Positions 24,231-37,771 of a stretch of 64,000 nt of DNA are shown piece by piece. Every line of letters begins with the position of its first letter. Within the stretch, counting starts at the first letter, position 1. The DNA is from Yuukianura sp. NJ FZ-2021 (Eukaryota), in assembly GCA_046563655.1 (NCBI GenBank), contig CM102285.1, positions 11,718,001 through 11,782,000 on the forward strand, written 5' to 3'. Both the position numbers and the translations under genes were made by a program. Under the pieces are notes generated by a model. That model worked only from the letters and a program-made list of their open reading frames with translations, ran no database searches and was not told the DNA's origin.

Positions 24231-25368
24231 TTCAGAGAATATTTTGAGCATAAAAGCAGAAATTTTAAATCTGGCTGATTTTGAACCAAATTTTCAATAC
24301 CATAGTCCACCATTTTTTTCTTGGAAAATTTGGCAAAATATTTAAACTTTGAACCTTTGTGAAAGTTATTCTGGAACATGAAATGAGCAATGGTCGTAGG
24401 AGACTTATGGCTGGATAGACATTTCAAAATTATTTTATTTCCTTCAAAATTTCGAACCTTTAAAATTGGAACTGAAATTTTTATTGCTACAACAAGACGT
24501 CACATGAAAATTAATTTATTTCTTTTTAGGTATTTTGAAGCAAAACTAAACTGAAAATTTTTCATCCGGCGTAAAGAAACGGCAAGAAAATTCCCTTGCT
24601 TCTAAAATTCTATTCTAAATTCTTCTATTCCTTTATAAATTTAGAAATTTATACTTAAAATATCAAGTCAATTAATCAAAATAAATGATTTATTAGGGCA
24701 AATAATTAAATCAGTTTTTAACTTAAAATGCATTCGTTACAAGGTTCTAAAAAAAACCTAAAAAAGCGACAATTATTAACAATTTTTTAAAATTGACACT
24801 GACAACTATTTTTACTGTTCTATGTGTCTGTAATATGTTGTGCTACAAGTTGAGCACCATCCCGAGGTCAAGTGGCTTCGAACAACAGTTCATTTAATTG
24901 ATTTCGACCAAACTCTGCTAACCGAAAGTTGGTTTTCTCCATAACTTTTCTACCCTTTCACCAACGCCCCACCCTAACCACTAAAAAGTTAAAACGAACC
25001 GGAGAATGACGATTTTCATGGTGAAAGCACCAAAGTCTGGTGAAACTTGATCCAATTTTGAATTAGGTCCTATCACTTTTCAACACCCATTCCGCCTTCT
25101 TTCTTGTTCGTCTAGTATGGAGAATAGGCAATTTAATTTTTCTGTTACCCCCACGCAGAGTGAAAAGCAGTGTACTGTTAAGAGCGGGATATTGAATTAC
25201 TTTCACTCCTCGCCTTCGAACGCCAACTTTTTCCTGGAAAACAAGAACCAAAACTTAGTACTTACTTTGTTCGAAAAGTCTACAAATTCAATCATTTTAA
25301 GAAATATTAGCTGTCTCATCCTCCCTTACCCACTTTTTTTTCCAACTGGTTCCACACTGTCAAAAATT

Positions 25369-28300
25369 TCAAACCATTTTCTCCACTTCGTAGTCCTCTT
25401 CGTACATTCTCTCATGTAGTTCTTGTACCGCAATACAATAGAGACATCGTTCGTCCAAGTCTTCGTAACACGGTTGACAGTAGGAAAAGTTACACTTGGG
25501 ACATCTAAATGCTTCCCCTGACAATTTACACAACACGCATTTCCTTTTACCGGCTCCAAACCAACGGAAACAGGAACACAACCTTGGAAAAGTTTCAGCC
25601 AGGGCCAAAAGTGCATTGAAATCTACCTGGAAAACAGAAAACGAAACTTTTCACTTTCTCTCTAGTTTCGCTATAAACTTGAATTAACGTCAAGTTTATA
25701 ATTGCATTTAAAAAACACATAGCCCTACTAACACCACCAGAGGAGGCCAATACCAGCTTTCTCCTAAATTAAAATTATCCTCTGTTCTCAAAATCCCTGT
25801 GCTGTATATCTTTCTTACTGTTTTCCTAAGTTGGTCTGCATTTTCTAGTACTTGCTCCTTTAGTTGAATTAGTTTTCCAACTCGTTTTCTTCTCGTTTCA
25901 TTGTAGAGCCACAGGATCCTCTCCTTGGATCTCTAGAAAATCGTTAGAGTTAGAAAAAACTATGAAAAGAAAATTAGAAAGGGGATCTCAAAGTTAATTA
26001 AATGAAAATAAAAGGGAAGCCGTGGGAGTTAATGGACCAAAGAGGCTTTACCTTTGGATAAAAGAAATTAGCAATACAATGGCGCGTCCTCACTGAAACA
26101 GCTTCAATGTAGCAAGTCAGCAAGAGGAAACTGAAGAGGAGTAGTGTCCGCTCCAGGTAGCTTTTGTGAAGATGACGTGGATTAGGAAGACAAGCTATTT
26201 TCAAAAATAAAGAAGAAGTTTTTAGAACCGTTAGAAGATCAAGTTAAAAACGAGAAGATACGAGCTCATAGCAAATAATCCTAAAGTACACTTCAAAATG
26301 TCTACAAACTTTCTTCAAATTAAAGAAAAATCGATGGGAAAAATAAATTTCTGCCGTTTAACTTCTAATTTACGTTTATGTGCTTTCTCCTCTTGACTTG
26401 ATTTAGTTCATGGCCTCAATTTCAATAAGTGCTTCTTTCCCCCAGGAGAAAGTAAAGTAAACTTAACCTCATTTCGAGCCCATTTCTTTCTGCTGTAAGT
26501 GACTCGAAGTGTCCACATCCTAAGATTTAGCACATTCTACCACCCGAACTAATTTCATTTCCTTAATAGTGATGCATTTCCTTCACATCCGGAGCAGAAC
26601 TAAAGTTTTTGACTTCAAAGGAGATTTTATGAATGAAAAACTACTTTTGAAATGGAATCCGGACTTACGTTTAGTAAAATGAAGAATGTCGATGTCCTTG
26701 TGGACATTGATGTCTTTTACGACTGAGCGCAGCAGTTGAGCCAAGAATCCTACTCCATCAATATTGAAATGGATTCCGTGAGATCCTTTTTGTCTAAATG
26801 TTATGTCCACATGATTCTTGACAAGTTGGAGTAATCTCGTAAAGAGGTAGTCAAAGACGAACAGGACCATGGCCAGCAGTCCTTGGACAAGAGTAATAAG
26901 CAGTTGACCAAAGAATCGTCTTTTCTCATCTCCCCGCAATCTCAGACGAAAAACGACCGTAAAGTGAGTCTTCTCAAAGCTCTTAAGTGGAAGTAATGTG
27001 GACTTCCCACCAACGTCTCGTCGAGCATCAAGGAGACGGAAGTACTTCGTGAGGTAGCAGTTGTCGTAAGAAAGTCTTTCCAAGTACTTTCCATGGTAGT
27101 TGAGAGCACTGGAAACAAAATGCAAAGAAAACTCAAAGGTCATCAAATTTACTCCCAAGTTCATGGCCCATAAACCTCCTCTCTCTTTTGTTAGAAATCT
27201 GGAAGAAGTTAGCACATAGAGGCAGAGAGTAAAAAAAAAACTTGAATTTTGAAATTAAAAAGTAAAGCATTCTGCGAAATTCTAAAAATCTGTAATGGAA
27301 ACTAAGCAACAGTTTCAGTTATACGATATTCAGAAACAGAAACTTGTGGGCTGAATTTTTCTTGAGAAAGCTAAAATCTGGGTTGCGTAAAAGGGATTGA
27401 ACCAGAAAAACTAACTTTTGGAGAAGGAAGTTTTTAGAATTAAGCGGGTAACTCGGCGGTGCCAGAAAAAACTCTCTGAGGTTCTCGTTTAGCGTTCAAC
27501 TGATTTCCTTTTCGCCTTAAGCATACTCTAGGGTGCCGTAGGAGCTTTGGGATTGGAAAAAAGAAGAAGAAAGTTAGTGGAAAGACGGAATTACAAGTAA
27601 AAGAAAGCTTTCTCATCCGTCTGCTTTCTCCCTTCGGCATTCAATCATACAGTAAATAAGTAAATACAATCCGCCTCTAATTCCCTGGGGAAAACAACCT
27701 AAAAGCAGGTTCTTCCCTCCAATTTCTTTAGAAAGAACAAAAGTAAGAGATGCTTTTTACCTAAAAACCATCAAAAGAAAACTGAAAGCCAGAGTGCGCT
27801 TGACCAAGTCCATGTAATACTCGATATAGGCCCGGCCACGTTGAAATGTTTCCAGAGCTTCTTCTTTCGATAAGTAAATACTATCCACATTCACCTGGAA
27901 AACGAAAGTAAAAGTTAGTTTTCAAACTTTTCAAAATGGAAATTGAAAAAAGTTTGATTAAAAACCCTCGTGCTGAGTCAGAATTCAATGGAACTCAATT
28001 TTCCTTTAAAAAAGAAGTTCCCTTACTTACAAAATTTGTAATTCCTTGGTAGTCAATTTTCACTTTGAATTTTTGTGTGAATTCGCTGATGCCCTTCTTA
28101 GCTCCGACGTAGTTTTCTCCAAAGTCCTCCGGGAGAATTCCAGTCAGGTCACAAATTTGATCTTGAGCAAACACTGGACACAGAAAAAAATTGTTGAATT
28201 AAACATATGTACGTTTGTAAAGTAAAATTTTCCTAGAATTATGTATTGAAATTTCGAATGTACAGAATCAAAGAGACGAGGAAATCAAAGGTTTTCGGTC

Positions 28301-29859
28301 AACACGAGAGTGAAAGTAAACAGAAAAATGTTTTATGCATGTTCAGGATGAAAAAAAAAACTCCTCAATCACTGACCAAACTGAGAGATCTTAGACAGAA
28401 GCTGAAAAAACAGGGTCTTTCGAAAAAACAAAAGAAAGTAGAAGCTTAGCTACACGGTAAAAGACGTTGGGAAACGAAAACACGTTTCCTCGGATCTAAT
28501 TACAACAGAAAAGAAACCCCCCGCTGACGACTTACTTCCAATAATGTCACAGATGTAAGTGATTTTCATTGGCCAACATAACGCCCATGCCACGTATTTG
28601 GTCACAGCTTCGTAACAGTCGTCATACTTGGCTCCAAAGACTTTCTTACACTTCTCTGTTCCTTTACTAAAAATATCTGCAAAAAGAGAAGAAAGAGAAA
28701 GTTTTAGCAAAAATTAGCTTTGTCTGTGGACTAGAAACTTGAAACAAAAGTGGATTCAGACCTTCACAACGGTAAGCAATTTTCCTTTTGTAGTTCTTTT
28801 GAACTCTTTCGGCTTCCGTGTCTTCATCTTTCACCTTACTTTCACTTTCAATTTTCCGAGATCTCTTGCCATGCCCCTATGAAAAAGGAAATTGCTTTCA
28901 CTCCAAATTATTACGTTAAGTTCTAGCCCACGAAATCCATTAAAATAATTGGAAGAACAAAGAAAGCTTTTTCACTCCTTAGCAATTACTGTAGCTTTCA
29001 GAAACTTGAAAATAAAAAGTGAAAAGTAAAACGAAGAGTTTAACTTTACCATTTCTGCATCAAGGTCATCACTTTCAGCTTTCATTTTATCCACATCACT
29101 AAGATCTTCAACTTCAGACAAAACAGGAGCAACCATTTTCGTCAATTCGGTAAAATTGTGTCTTGAATTTTCGTTTCTTTCTTCTGTCTGCAAATTGCAA
29201 GAAAATTACAAGATTTTTATAAAAACTCCAGAATCAATTAATTAATCGTCGTTGCTAAATTCGCTAAATTACTTTGAGGTCAAAGATGATATGCTGAATG
29301 GGGGCCAAAAGCAAGTCCTTGCCAGTTAGTGTGATGTTGAGGGTCAAATCTTTCAAGCAAATGACCAGACGAATGACCTCTTCTCCATTTCGCCCGATGT
29401 TCTCCACTGGTCCAGACAGAAGTAAAATCATTATACAAGCTTGAAGAAAACGTTTTCCCGAAGTGCTTGCAAATTCCGGAACAGTCAGGCAAGTTATGCA
29501 TCGAATCTGTAAACAAAGAACAAACAAAATTGAAAACAAAAATGTAACAAACGAAAAGATATCTAAAAAACATCTAAAACTAAAATAATACAACGTAAAT
29601 ATAATAATATAAAAAGCAATAAACTAATAAAATATGCTAAGACAGTAGTCCAACAAACCTGATCGGAAACAGCAAATCCAAGACAGAGAAAGATTGCAAC
29701 ATTTGCAAAAATAATTATTTGGTACGCATCACTTAAATGAAGTTCTACAATTACGAATTCATAGAATACGAAAGAACATATTCCACCAATTCCTAAACCG
29801 ATTACTCCAAGTATCACACTTTTTAAGAACCTCAAGTACTTTGGGTTAAGTTTGGCCAT
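25369..29859 (-). CDS. DC-STAMP domain protein with C-terminal RING-like C4C4 (DCST1 / sneaky / spe-42-like)
   Basis: About 11 exons. N-terminal TM helices, IRCITCLTVP..GK..L....LLSGPVENI, C...Y..C......LCWPMK...IC, Y...YL....YDNCYLTKYF..LDARR..G...LLPL, R...IANFFYPK and a terminal CVLC..CPKC...YCQPCYEDL..RCLYC. Confidence 0.88.
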
Positions 29860-30347
29860 TTATAATTCAAAAAGCCAAAATGAAAGAACAAGCACAAGAA
29901 AAACAAAACTAAAAGGTTAAAAATCTAAATAAGAAAGTCACAACTAACTTTACAAACTTTACGGAGTTTGCTAATGGTAACACCCATTCAGAATTTTCAA
30001 ACTTCTATCCCTACTCAATTTCCTAAACTGAAAAAAGTTTTTAATTCGATTGGCGCTTAACTATTGAAAATTTATTCGTAAAAGTGCATTTGCGATGTTT
30101 CTTTTGAAAAGAGCTCGGGAAATATAATCATTTTCGAATTTAAAATTATGTATTTAAATTATTACAATTAAAAAGCACAAGAGAAAATACGCGTTCGAGT
30201 TACTTAGCGAATGGAGCACCATCAGAGGCACGGGGAAAGAATAATATGGCGGATCTTTGATCTCAAACTTGTGAAGCAGCGTTTTTAAAACAAAAACGCT
30301 GCAATACTCAAATACATTATAAAAAGTAAATCGATTAAGTTACGTAA

Positions 30348-33300
30348 TTAGGCGGAAGGCACATTCTCTGAAGGACCGGGAGCCGCTGACGCTGATGCCG
30401 TTTTAGTCCACTCTTGAAGCGTCACAGCAATGTCTTCGAAGTACCTTTCTTTGGCATATTCAAGTGCCGTTTTACCACCGTTTGTTGATCGAATACCGGC
30501 ATCAATTCCATATTTCAGTAAAATTTTGACTAGAGTGTGATTGTTGAAAATGACTGCCAAATGGAGAACTGTGAATCCATTGGGAGTCATTACGTTTAAG
30601 TCTAATCCTAGCTTAGCCAGTATCCCTGCACTCTTGGCAGTACATTTGACACAGGGACATAGAGGATGACATTTCTCTGATTCTGACGAATTTCCTGGAA
30701 GAATAGCGTCAGCATTTTCAAGTTCTTCGCTGGGAATTCCCAAGTAAAACAGCGCTAGCGGCATGTCACCAACCTCGATGGCCGAAAATAGCTTCCTTAA
30801 CTCGCGAGCTAAATGACCAGCCAAAGTAAAATGTTTGTTTAGGAAAATCAATTCAGAATATACGAAATTTTAAACTTACCTTGATATTCTTTTCGTCGTC
30901 GCACGCCGACATGAGCCATGGCTGCCAAAACGTGTGGCGCATGTTCCAAATTGTCCACTGACACTTTTCGAAAGTTTTCTGGATCTGGTTCAATGTCAGG
31001 CACGATATTCGAAATATGAAACACCATGTCATCATCGTCATCTGGAAAATCCGGATCTCCATCGGAATTTGTAGAAGAATCAACGTTTCGCTTTTTTCGG
31101 CGCGACATTTGTTCGTCTCCGTTGAAATTGTCTTCAATTTCTCGTTCCCGAATTGTTGGAGTAAAAGACGGAGTGATGACGGAACTTGTTCTTCTTGTAA
31201 GCGTACCGCTGTTCGAGACAGTCGAACTTCTACGACTTCTGGAAATAGTCGGAGTTGGACTCGACTCTGTGACTTCTATCACATCTCTAACACTACCAGC
31301 ATCTTCATCCGGTTTGTCAATCGACGTAACGGAGCTTGGTCTTGGATCGCTGATTAACATTAGGACACCTTCCGTTGTACCATTGGGAACCATCTCTACA
31401 TTGACAAAGTCTCCATGAGACTTTTGTATCAACGATCTACGGTGGATGGAGCTGAAATGCAAAACGAAACTTCAAAATCTCGCAATCAATCATTGTTCTT
31501 GTTCGGAGTGCAAAGAACTTACCGCTGTAAAATTCTTGTGACATGATGATCATGGGCCACATCCATAGGATTTCGTTGTCTAGCATTTAACACGGTAATT
31601 GACGCTCCACTCTCCACCAGAAGTTGAACAATTGACAAGAACCCGTACCTCGCAGCAAAGTGTAGACTCGTATCTCCATTACAATTTCGAGCACTGACGT
31701 CTAAAACTTGTTTTGAATGTTCAGCGTAATAAATCAAAGCTTTCACACAAGATTCATGACCGTTCAAACTTGCTAAATGAAGCGGAGTATTCAGCGAATG
31801 GTCCCTAGAATCAATGGGACATCCAGCGTGCAGAAGCAGTAACAACGCGTTTTGGTGTCCTCTGGAAGCAGCATAATGAAGTGCCAGTCGACCCTGAACC
31901 AAGAAGTAAACATGAACTCAGGAACTCAGGTCAAACAATTTTTAGATTCACAACTTTCATGTTAAATTACCTGACTATCTGCAGCATTAATCGGTGCATC
32001 CGAAGCTATGAGAAAGTCGACAATTTTCGGTCTTCCGTAAATACACGCAACGTGCAGCAATGTCACGCCTCCACAGTCTTCACTTCGAAGTTGAGCCGCG
32101 GATTCGGTGTGTGGAAGTGCTTGAGGAGTTGTAAGCGCAGAGCAGTTGGGACAGTTGCAAAGTGGATGGCATAGCGTCGTAATTCCCTCGTGATGGACAA
32201 TTTTCTCCTCCTGGTTGGCTCTATTCATATCGTAGTCCATCATGAGTTGTTCTAATTTCTCCTTATTTCCTTGCCGAATTGCTGAAAACATTTCCCCAAG
32301 GATGCTCTCATTATGTAGGCTATTATTAAACAAACATCGCAGCCAGAATTCGCCAACATAATCCTGGTAAGGTGTTCCAACATCACGCTCAGACTCTGCT
32401 AATCCGCCAGATATTTTTCCAGAAGTGAGAAACAGCAAAGACGCTTCAAGAGTGACTACGAAAAAGGAATTTTCATTGTCTGGTGTGTCGATTGCCGAAA
32501 AACGAAATTGCTTCAAAAACTGAAGTTGAGCCATCCAATTTCCAATGTTCGTCTTGATAATCAAGTACACCCAAATTGGCAGTAGTTCATCCGTAGAAAT
32601 GATACTTTCATGTTCTACAAGCCTGTAGAAAAAAATATTAGTAAGAAGACATTGTAAAATACAAACTAAAAACCTCATTCTTTTCTCCACTCCCTCTCAT
32701 GGGTCCTCACACAAAACTTAAAGGAGGCCTCTGGAGGGAGTGGAGAAAAGGCTGAGGTTTTTAGTTTGTATTTTACAATGTCTTCTGTAATGAAAAACAT
32801 GGACCTCATGCGTTTTAATAGTTCATATTCTAAGCTTACTGCACAAACGATTGGTCACTTTGTTGTAAATGTTTCATTGTGGTGCGCAGACATTTTAGTT
32901 TTCCAAGTGGTGTTGGATGCATTGGAAGACGAGCCAATTCTTGTCTTGCTCTTGACAAGTTTTCCCAATGGATGTTGCTAATCCCAAGGTCTTGAGGATG
33001 AATGTCAGCTAAGTTTCTCATAATCTGCAATTGAAATTTTGAAATGCATAAAAAATCTAAGACACTTCATCTTAAGTATTTCAAATCTTCAAAAACCACA
33101 CCTTGTTGACCGCCGAATCGTCAAAGGACACGGAAGACGAAAGTCCAGCAATGAGTTGGGGGTAGATTCCGTTTAGAACATAAGTTTCAGTAGCCAGTCG
33201 GAAGTTTTGAATCGAATGATTTGAACGTGGAGTTCTTGATCCGGAAGATCCTGAAGATGAGTTTACAGTTTCAGTAGATGAGTATTGTTCTCTTGTACTT

Positions 33301-34288
33301 TTGAAGCTCGGTCTGCGTTTCATATCTGATTTGAGTGCACAAGTAATGCAACGATTGTACAAATCGTAGACTATATCTCGTTGAACCGGTAGCGGTAAGT
33401 CTTCTAGAGATCGATGGTTGTGTAGAAAAAGTTTGATGTAAGCGTCAAAGGTTTCAAGCGTTTTGGGCCGCCCGTTGATCCAAAGGAAGTCAATACAGTC
33501 TCTAAGCGAAGCCAAATTCCACATTCCAGGATGTGTTTCATCTTCCAACCGATTCTCTATTTCAACTTGTGAATTTAATGGAGACGAGATGCAAAGAATC
33601 TTGTACTTTCGCTTGTCCCCCGTATAAAAAGTTTCATCGAAAAGGACCGACACGGAGCGCTGAGTGATCGCACGTTGACTGGTGTGTTGAATCGCTTCAC
33701 CGGTGAAAATGTCAATCGGCATCTCCGAAGTCGTGTCCAAGATGAGAGTATTTTCGTTGTACTCGACATTAATCTCAGTCAGTGTTCTGAAATTCCATTT
33801 AGGGTGAAGCTGATTGACTTGCAAGTAGTTGCTGGAAGATGTGTTTGCATGAATGCTCAAGTTGCTACAGGAAGAATCTCTGCTCAGACTTCGATTTGGA
33901 CTAGTGGAGCTTGCTATTGACCTATCGTCAGCCTCAGGAATGCTGGAGCAACGTGTAGCAAGTTCTTGACTCGTTCGTATCGGTTTCAAAATGTGATGAG
34001 TAAAATCTTCGAGGGTGAATGTATGTTTTGGTAGTGATTCCATCCGTGGAACACAAATTAGCCATTTTTCCTCGACACACTTGCTGAACAAATCCAAGTA
34101 ATTCTGTAGAAATGCTTTGAAAAATGGATTTTGATTCAAGTCTTCATCATATTCATGTGTCATCATTGGCGTGTCACTGGAAAACCAGAAAGAAAATCAG
34201 CATTTACTAAGCTGGGAAATAAAAAATGTACACCTTAATCCAGAATAAGGAACCAATAAACCAACCTATTCGTCAGTAAACTTGCCAT
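30348..34288 (-). CDS. ANKRD27: ANKRD27/VARP (VPS9 domain, ankyrin repeats, two Zn-fingernail motifs)
   Basis: N-terminus YDEDLNQNPFFKA; VPS9 core (TPLGKLKCL..., ISTDELLPIWVYLIIK); HPLCNCPNC and CHPLCPCVKC motifs; ankyrin repeats (ALHYAASRGHQNALLLLL, TPLHLASLNGHESCVKALIY). A short in-frame first exon at 34288-34266 (MASLLTNS) is plausible. Confidence 0.92.
32644..32786. repeat. Intronic inverted repeat, 53-bp arms (51/53 complementary), 37-nt loop
   Basis: Arm 32644-32696 AGAAGACATTGTAAAATACAAACTAAAAACCTCATTCTTTTCTCCACTCCCTC pairs with arm 32734-32786. Confidence 0.9.
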
Positions 34289-34933
34289 TTTGCAGGTTTA
34301 ACGCGAAAGCTACTTAATAAAACGCTTTACACAACTTTCGTGAGATGGTTCTTCACATTTGCGCTGGAAGACGCTGAACGACACTGATAACTGCGCTTCA
34401 GTGTCAGAGTCTACTTAAGTTTGAATTTGAGCCAGGTTTTATGTTCAAAAATCCAGATTAAGTTATATTGCAGATGTCTGAAATGCAATCAAAATAGAAC
34501 AGAACAGACAAGACAAAAGAAAATGAGACAAGCGTTGACGTTGATGCTGGTTCTGGAGGGGATTAAGTCCAGATACACAAATAGATCTTAAGAGGGTGAA
34601 TTTTGTCACAAACTGAACTAACAAACTCCAAAGATAACGTTTGGTCCATGCATGGTGAGAATGACCTACGTATCAGCGATACAGTATTTACCTAGCACAA
34701 ATTAAATAGTAATAAAGTTGAAGTTATACAGACACAGAGTGATGTTGATGTAAAAGCCTCCAATCTCTGCTGAACAAACAACACAATTGAGAGATTGAGA
34801 CCGCATGAATGACATGGATTTCAGGACGTAAAACATGCCAGATCTGAAAATATTTATTAACAAATTAATCATATACCAAAAACAAGTAACGAATTAATAT
34901 GTAAACAAATCAAGATGAGAATACTCAGCCTTC

Positions 34934-35593
34934 TTATTTAGCAACAATGTGTTGGTTCTTCAGAAACCAAGGGTAGTATTGTCCACGGCTGTCCTCTTCT
35001 GGTAATTGCGTTTCAAATGTGTTACGAATCACGTCGGCCAGTCCTCCATTTTTAGCTGCCTCTTCGAGAAGATTAAGATCAACTGTCAGCATCTTGATTA
35101 GCCCGACGTAAACTCCAAGTAAATAGGACTCTTCACTTTCAGTCTTGCATTTAGAAAATCCAAACGTGTTGTAACTCATTGACCCGACAGCGGGGAGATA
35201 GTCATCAACAACGCATTTCACCAATTCATCAATTGGTCTTTTCGGATCTCTTGAATTCTTCCAGATCTTCTTGTTGCTTTTCTCGATAGTGCGAATGCAA
35301 TGGGGTTGGTGAGTAGGCCAATGTTCGGCTTGATGTTCCTTTCCACAGTAAAATGGAACGGATGTTCCTGGAATTATGCTACAATCCCGACACTTTTTGG
35401 TTGTTTTCACCTTGCAGATCATGCATTCACCCTAGAAAAGAAATACAGTGTTAAATTAATTCAGGCTCAAACGACACTTTAAGTGGATAATGTTAAGTAA
35501 TATTCTGTGAATCCTTACCAATTCCTTTTTGTCTACTTCGATTGTTTTCTTCACTCCTTCGGTATCATCGACAAGCTTGAAATTAGCATCCAT
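34934..35593 (-). CDS. Small MYND zinc-finger protein (~190 aa, 2 coding exons) with a fungal-like C-terminal domain
   Basis: Exons 35593-35519 and 35431-34934 (phase 0, GT-AG). MYND pattern CMIC-x7-CRDC...YCGKEHQAEHWPTHQPHC. C-terminus FGFSKC...ESYLLGVYVGLI...RGQYYPWFLKNQHIV. Confidence 0.85.
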
Positions 35594-36547
35594 GTTGTAA
35601 AACCGTGGTTTTCTAAGGAAGATAACCAATGGTTGACTAATAATCTCTAACTGCCTAAGATGGTTTAAGCTGACACGTTTGAAGAATTTACACTTGCAAA
35701 TTCAGCATATGTCAACTAAACTTGATAGTTGGATAAATACGAAGTTTTGTATGTAACACCCTTCCTAACTAAACGAACACTGAAATGTCCTCAGTGTCGT
35801 CACTCGTCAGATCAATAACCCCTTCTCCCCTTCCCTTCCCTATCAATATCGCTTCGAGACACCACTACAGTTTGTAATGTTATTACTAATAATTAGGGAA
35901 CTGCCTTACCGTAAATAAGACACAATTTTTGCTACAATTTAATTTGGAGAATGAGAATACGTACTTACCGCACCGTTGGTCTTCACCGCCGAGTACTAGC
36001 TGTTGTTCCGGAGTTGAAGTAAAGTGACCTTTTTTGACCGTATACGTTTACAAGAAATGCAGAACTTGAATTACGTATGAAACAGCTGATGTGCGGAGCA
36101 GACGGAGCGCAGAGGAGATGACAGAAGAATGAGCCAAAAGCGAGAGTCCGAGTTGAGTTGTTGCATTTGTGGAGACTGTGGAGAAGCTGCCCATAGATGC
36201 ATGACATTTAAACACTGGGAGCGACAGATGACCTTGAGGGTGACAGGCGACTGACCAAGACGAGTTGGGGCATTTTCCTGTTTCCTGAAAAGAAGGAGAA
36301 AAGAAGGATTTTAGGTAGATGCTCAACGATAATGAAGGTGTAAATTATGCTTAACTTTGCGCGATCAAGATAGTACATGTTAATATGGCTAGCAGAATCA
36401 CAAGGATCATGGAAAATACGAAACCTTCATCAGCTGAAATACCGATTTATTTACAAACGAAGACGAAAAGAGTAACGTTATTTACAAAGTGAAATAATGA
36501 AATAACACGTCCAGAGGGAAAAACGATTTAGTACCGAAGATTGCAGA

Positions 36548-37771
36548 TCAAAGTGGGTATGGAGAATATCGCTTGGCTTTGGAATTCGGTATTCCACCCT
36601 TCATCCTAATACGTCTCACGGCTTCTCGTATATGTTTCGGTTGTACTGGACCGGTTTCGCCAATTCGCTCCATTACATCAAGACCTTCAATTTACAAACC
36701 AAAGTCAAAGGTAAAACGGAATCAAATTGTTGAAAAGTAAGGCTCGAATATAGAAGCTGAAGCTGAAAACAGCTCTATCGAGAGCATTTTTCAAAGATTA
36801 CCCTCTTCTACAATTTCGCCAACAAAAACCTTCGCAATGCCTGCCATAGCTATCACAGCATTCTGTGAGACTGAATTCCCAGTTATGGTCTGCATCAACT
36901 GTGTAAAAAAAAACAGTGAATTCAATTCGATTTGATGTTCTGTTCGTTAATTCATACCCGTTTGATGGAACTTTTGGGAAAGGCGGCGCGTCGAAACATT
37001 TCATAGCGATCTAGCTGATCTTCCGTGAAGTTGGAGACTAGTACTCTAGAAAAAATATGCAGAATTAAACTAATTCGGTTCTTATTTTCAATGCTTTGAT
37101 AATATTGTTTTAATAGACTGACTCCACTGGAGTCACTCCAGCTTCAATGTACTTACTGCATCTTTTCTCGTTCTTCTTCTTCCATGTCTCGCTTCTGTTT
37201 AGCTGCTGCTTCCTTCATTTGAGCAGCTTTAATCGCCAAAGAACTCGTGGGTTTCTCTGGTGCTGTGGATGTACCAGGAGTCGGGGTAACAATGCCCAGT
37301 GATATTTCAGTCGTCTCACTTAGAGATGTACCTTCGATTTTGATTAACTAAAAAATTCAGCTTAGTTAACTCTCATGCTTACGTACACAGTTAAATGACC
37401 TGAGCCCGAAACAGCACATTAAACGGACTGGGAACTACTACACAGACACAGCACAACGAAAAAGAATAACCAAATAAACCAATGAAAGTACCACCTACAT
37501 CGTTGTCACTTCACAGTGGTCGAACGCGACCTTTTACATTCCTTCTGTCAGTATGACTTATCATTCGCTAAACGAATCGCAACCGATGACTTGAATCCTA
37601 ACTTAATGAACTTACCGAATCGGTGTTTGTTTCAAGCAGATGATTAGTCTTCGGTAGCAAGATGTCGTCGTCCTCTCCAGCAATTACAACATTCTCCGCG
37701 ACATCCGGAACATCAACAATTCCATCGTAGTCGTAGTCGTCACCTTCGCTCTTGATATCACTAAACTCCAT
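36548..37771 (-). CDS. TAF11: TFIID subunit 11
   Basis: Spliced exons give [92 protein letters not shown] (TAF11 histone fold). ATG at 37771, TGA at 36550-36548. Confidence 0.95.
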
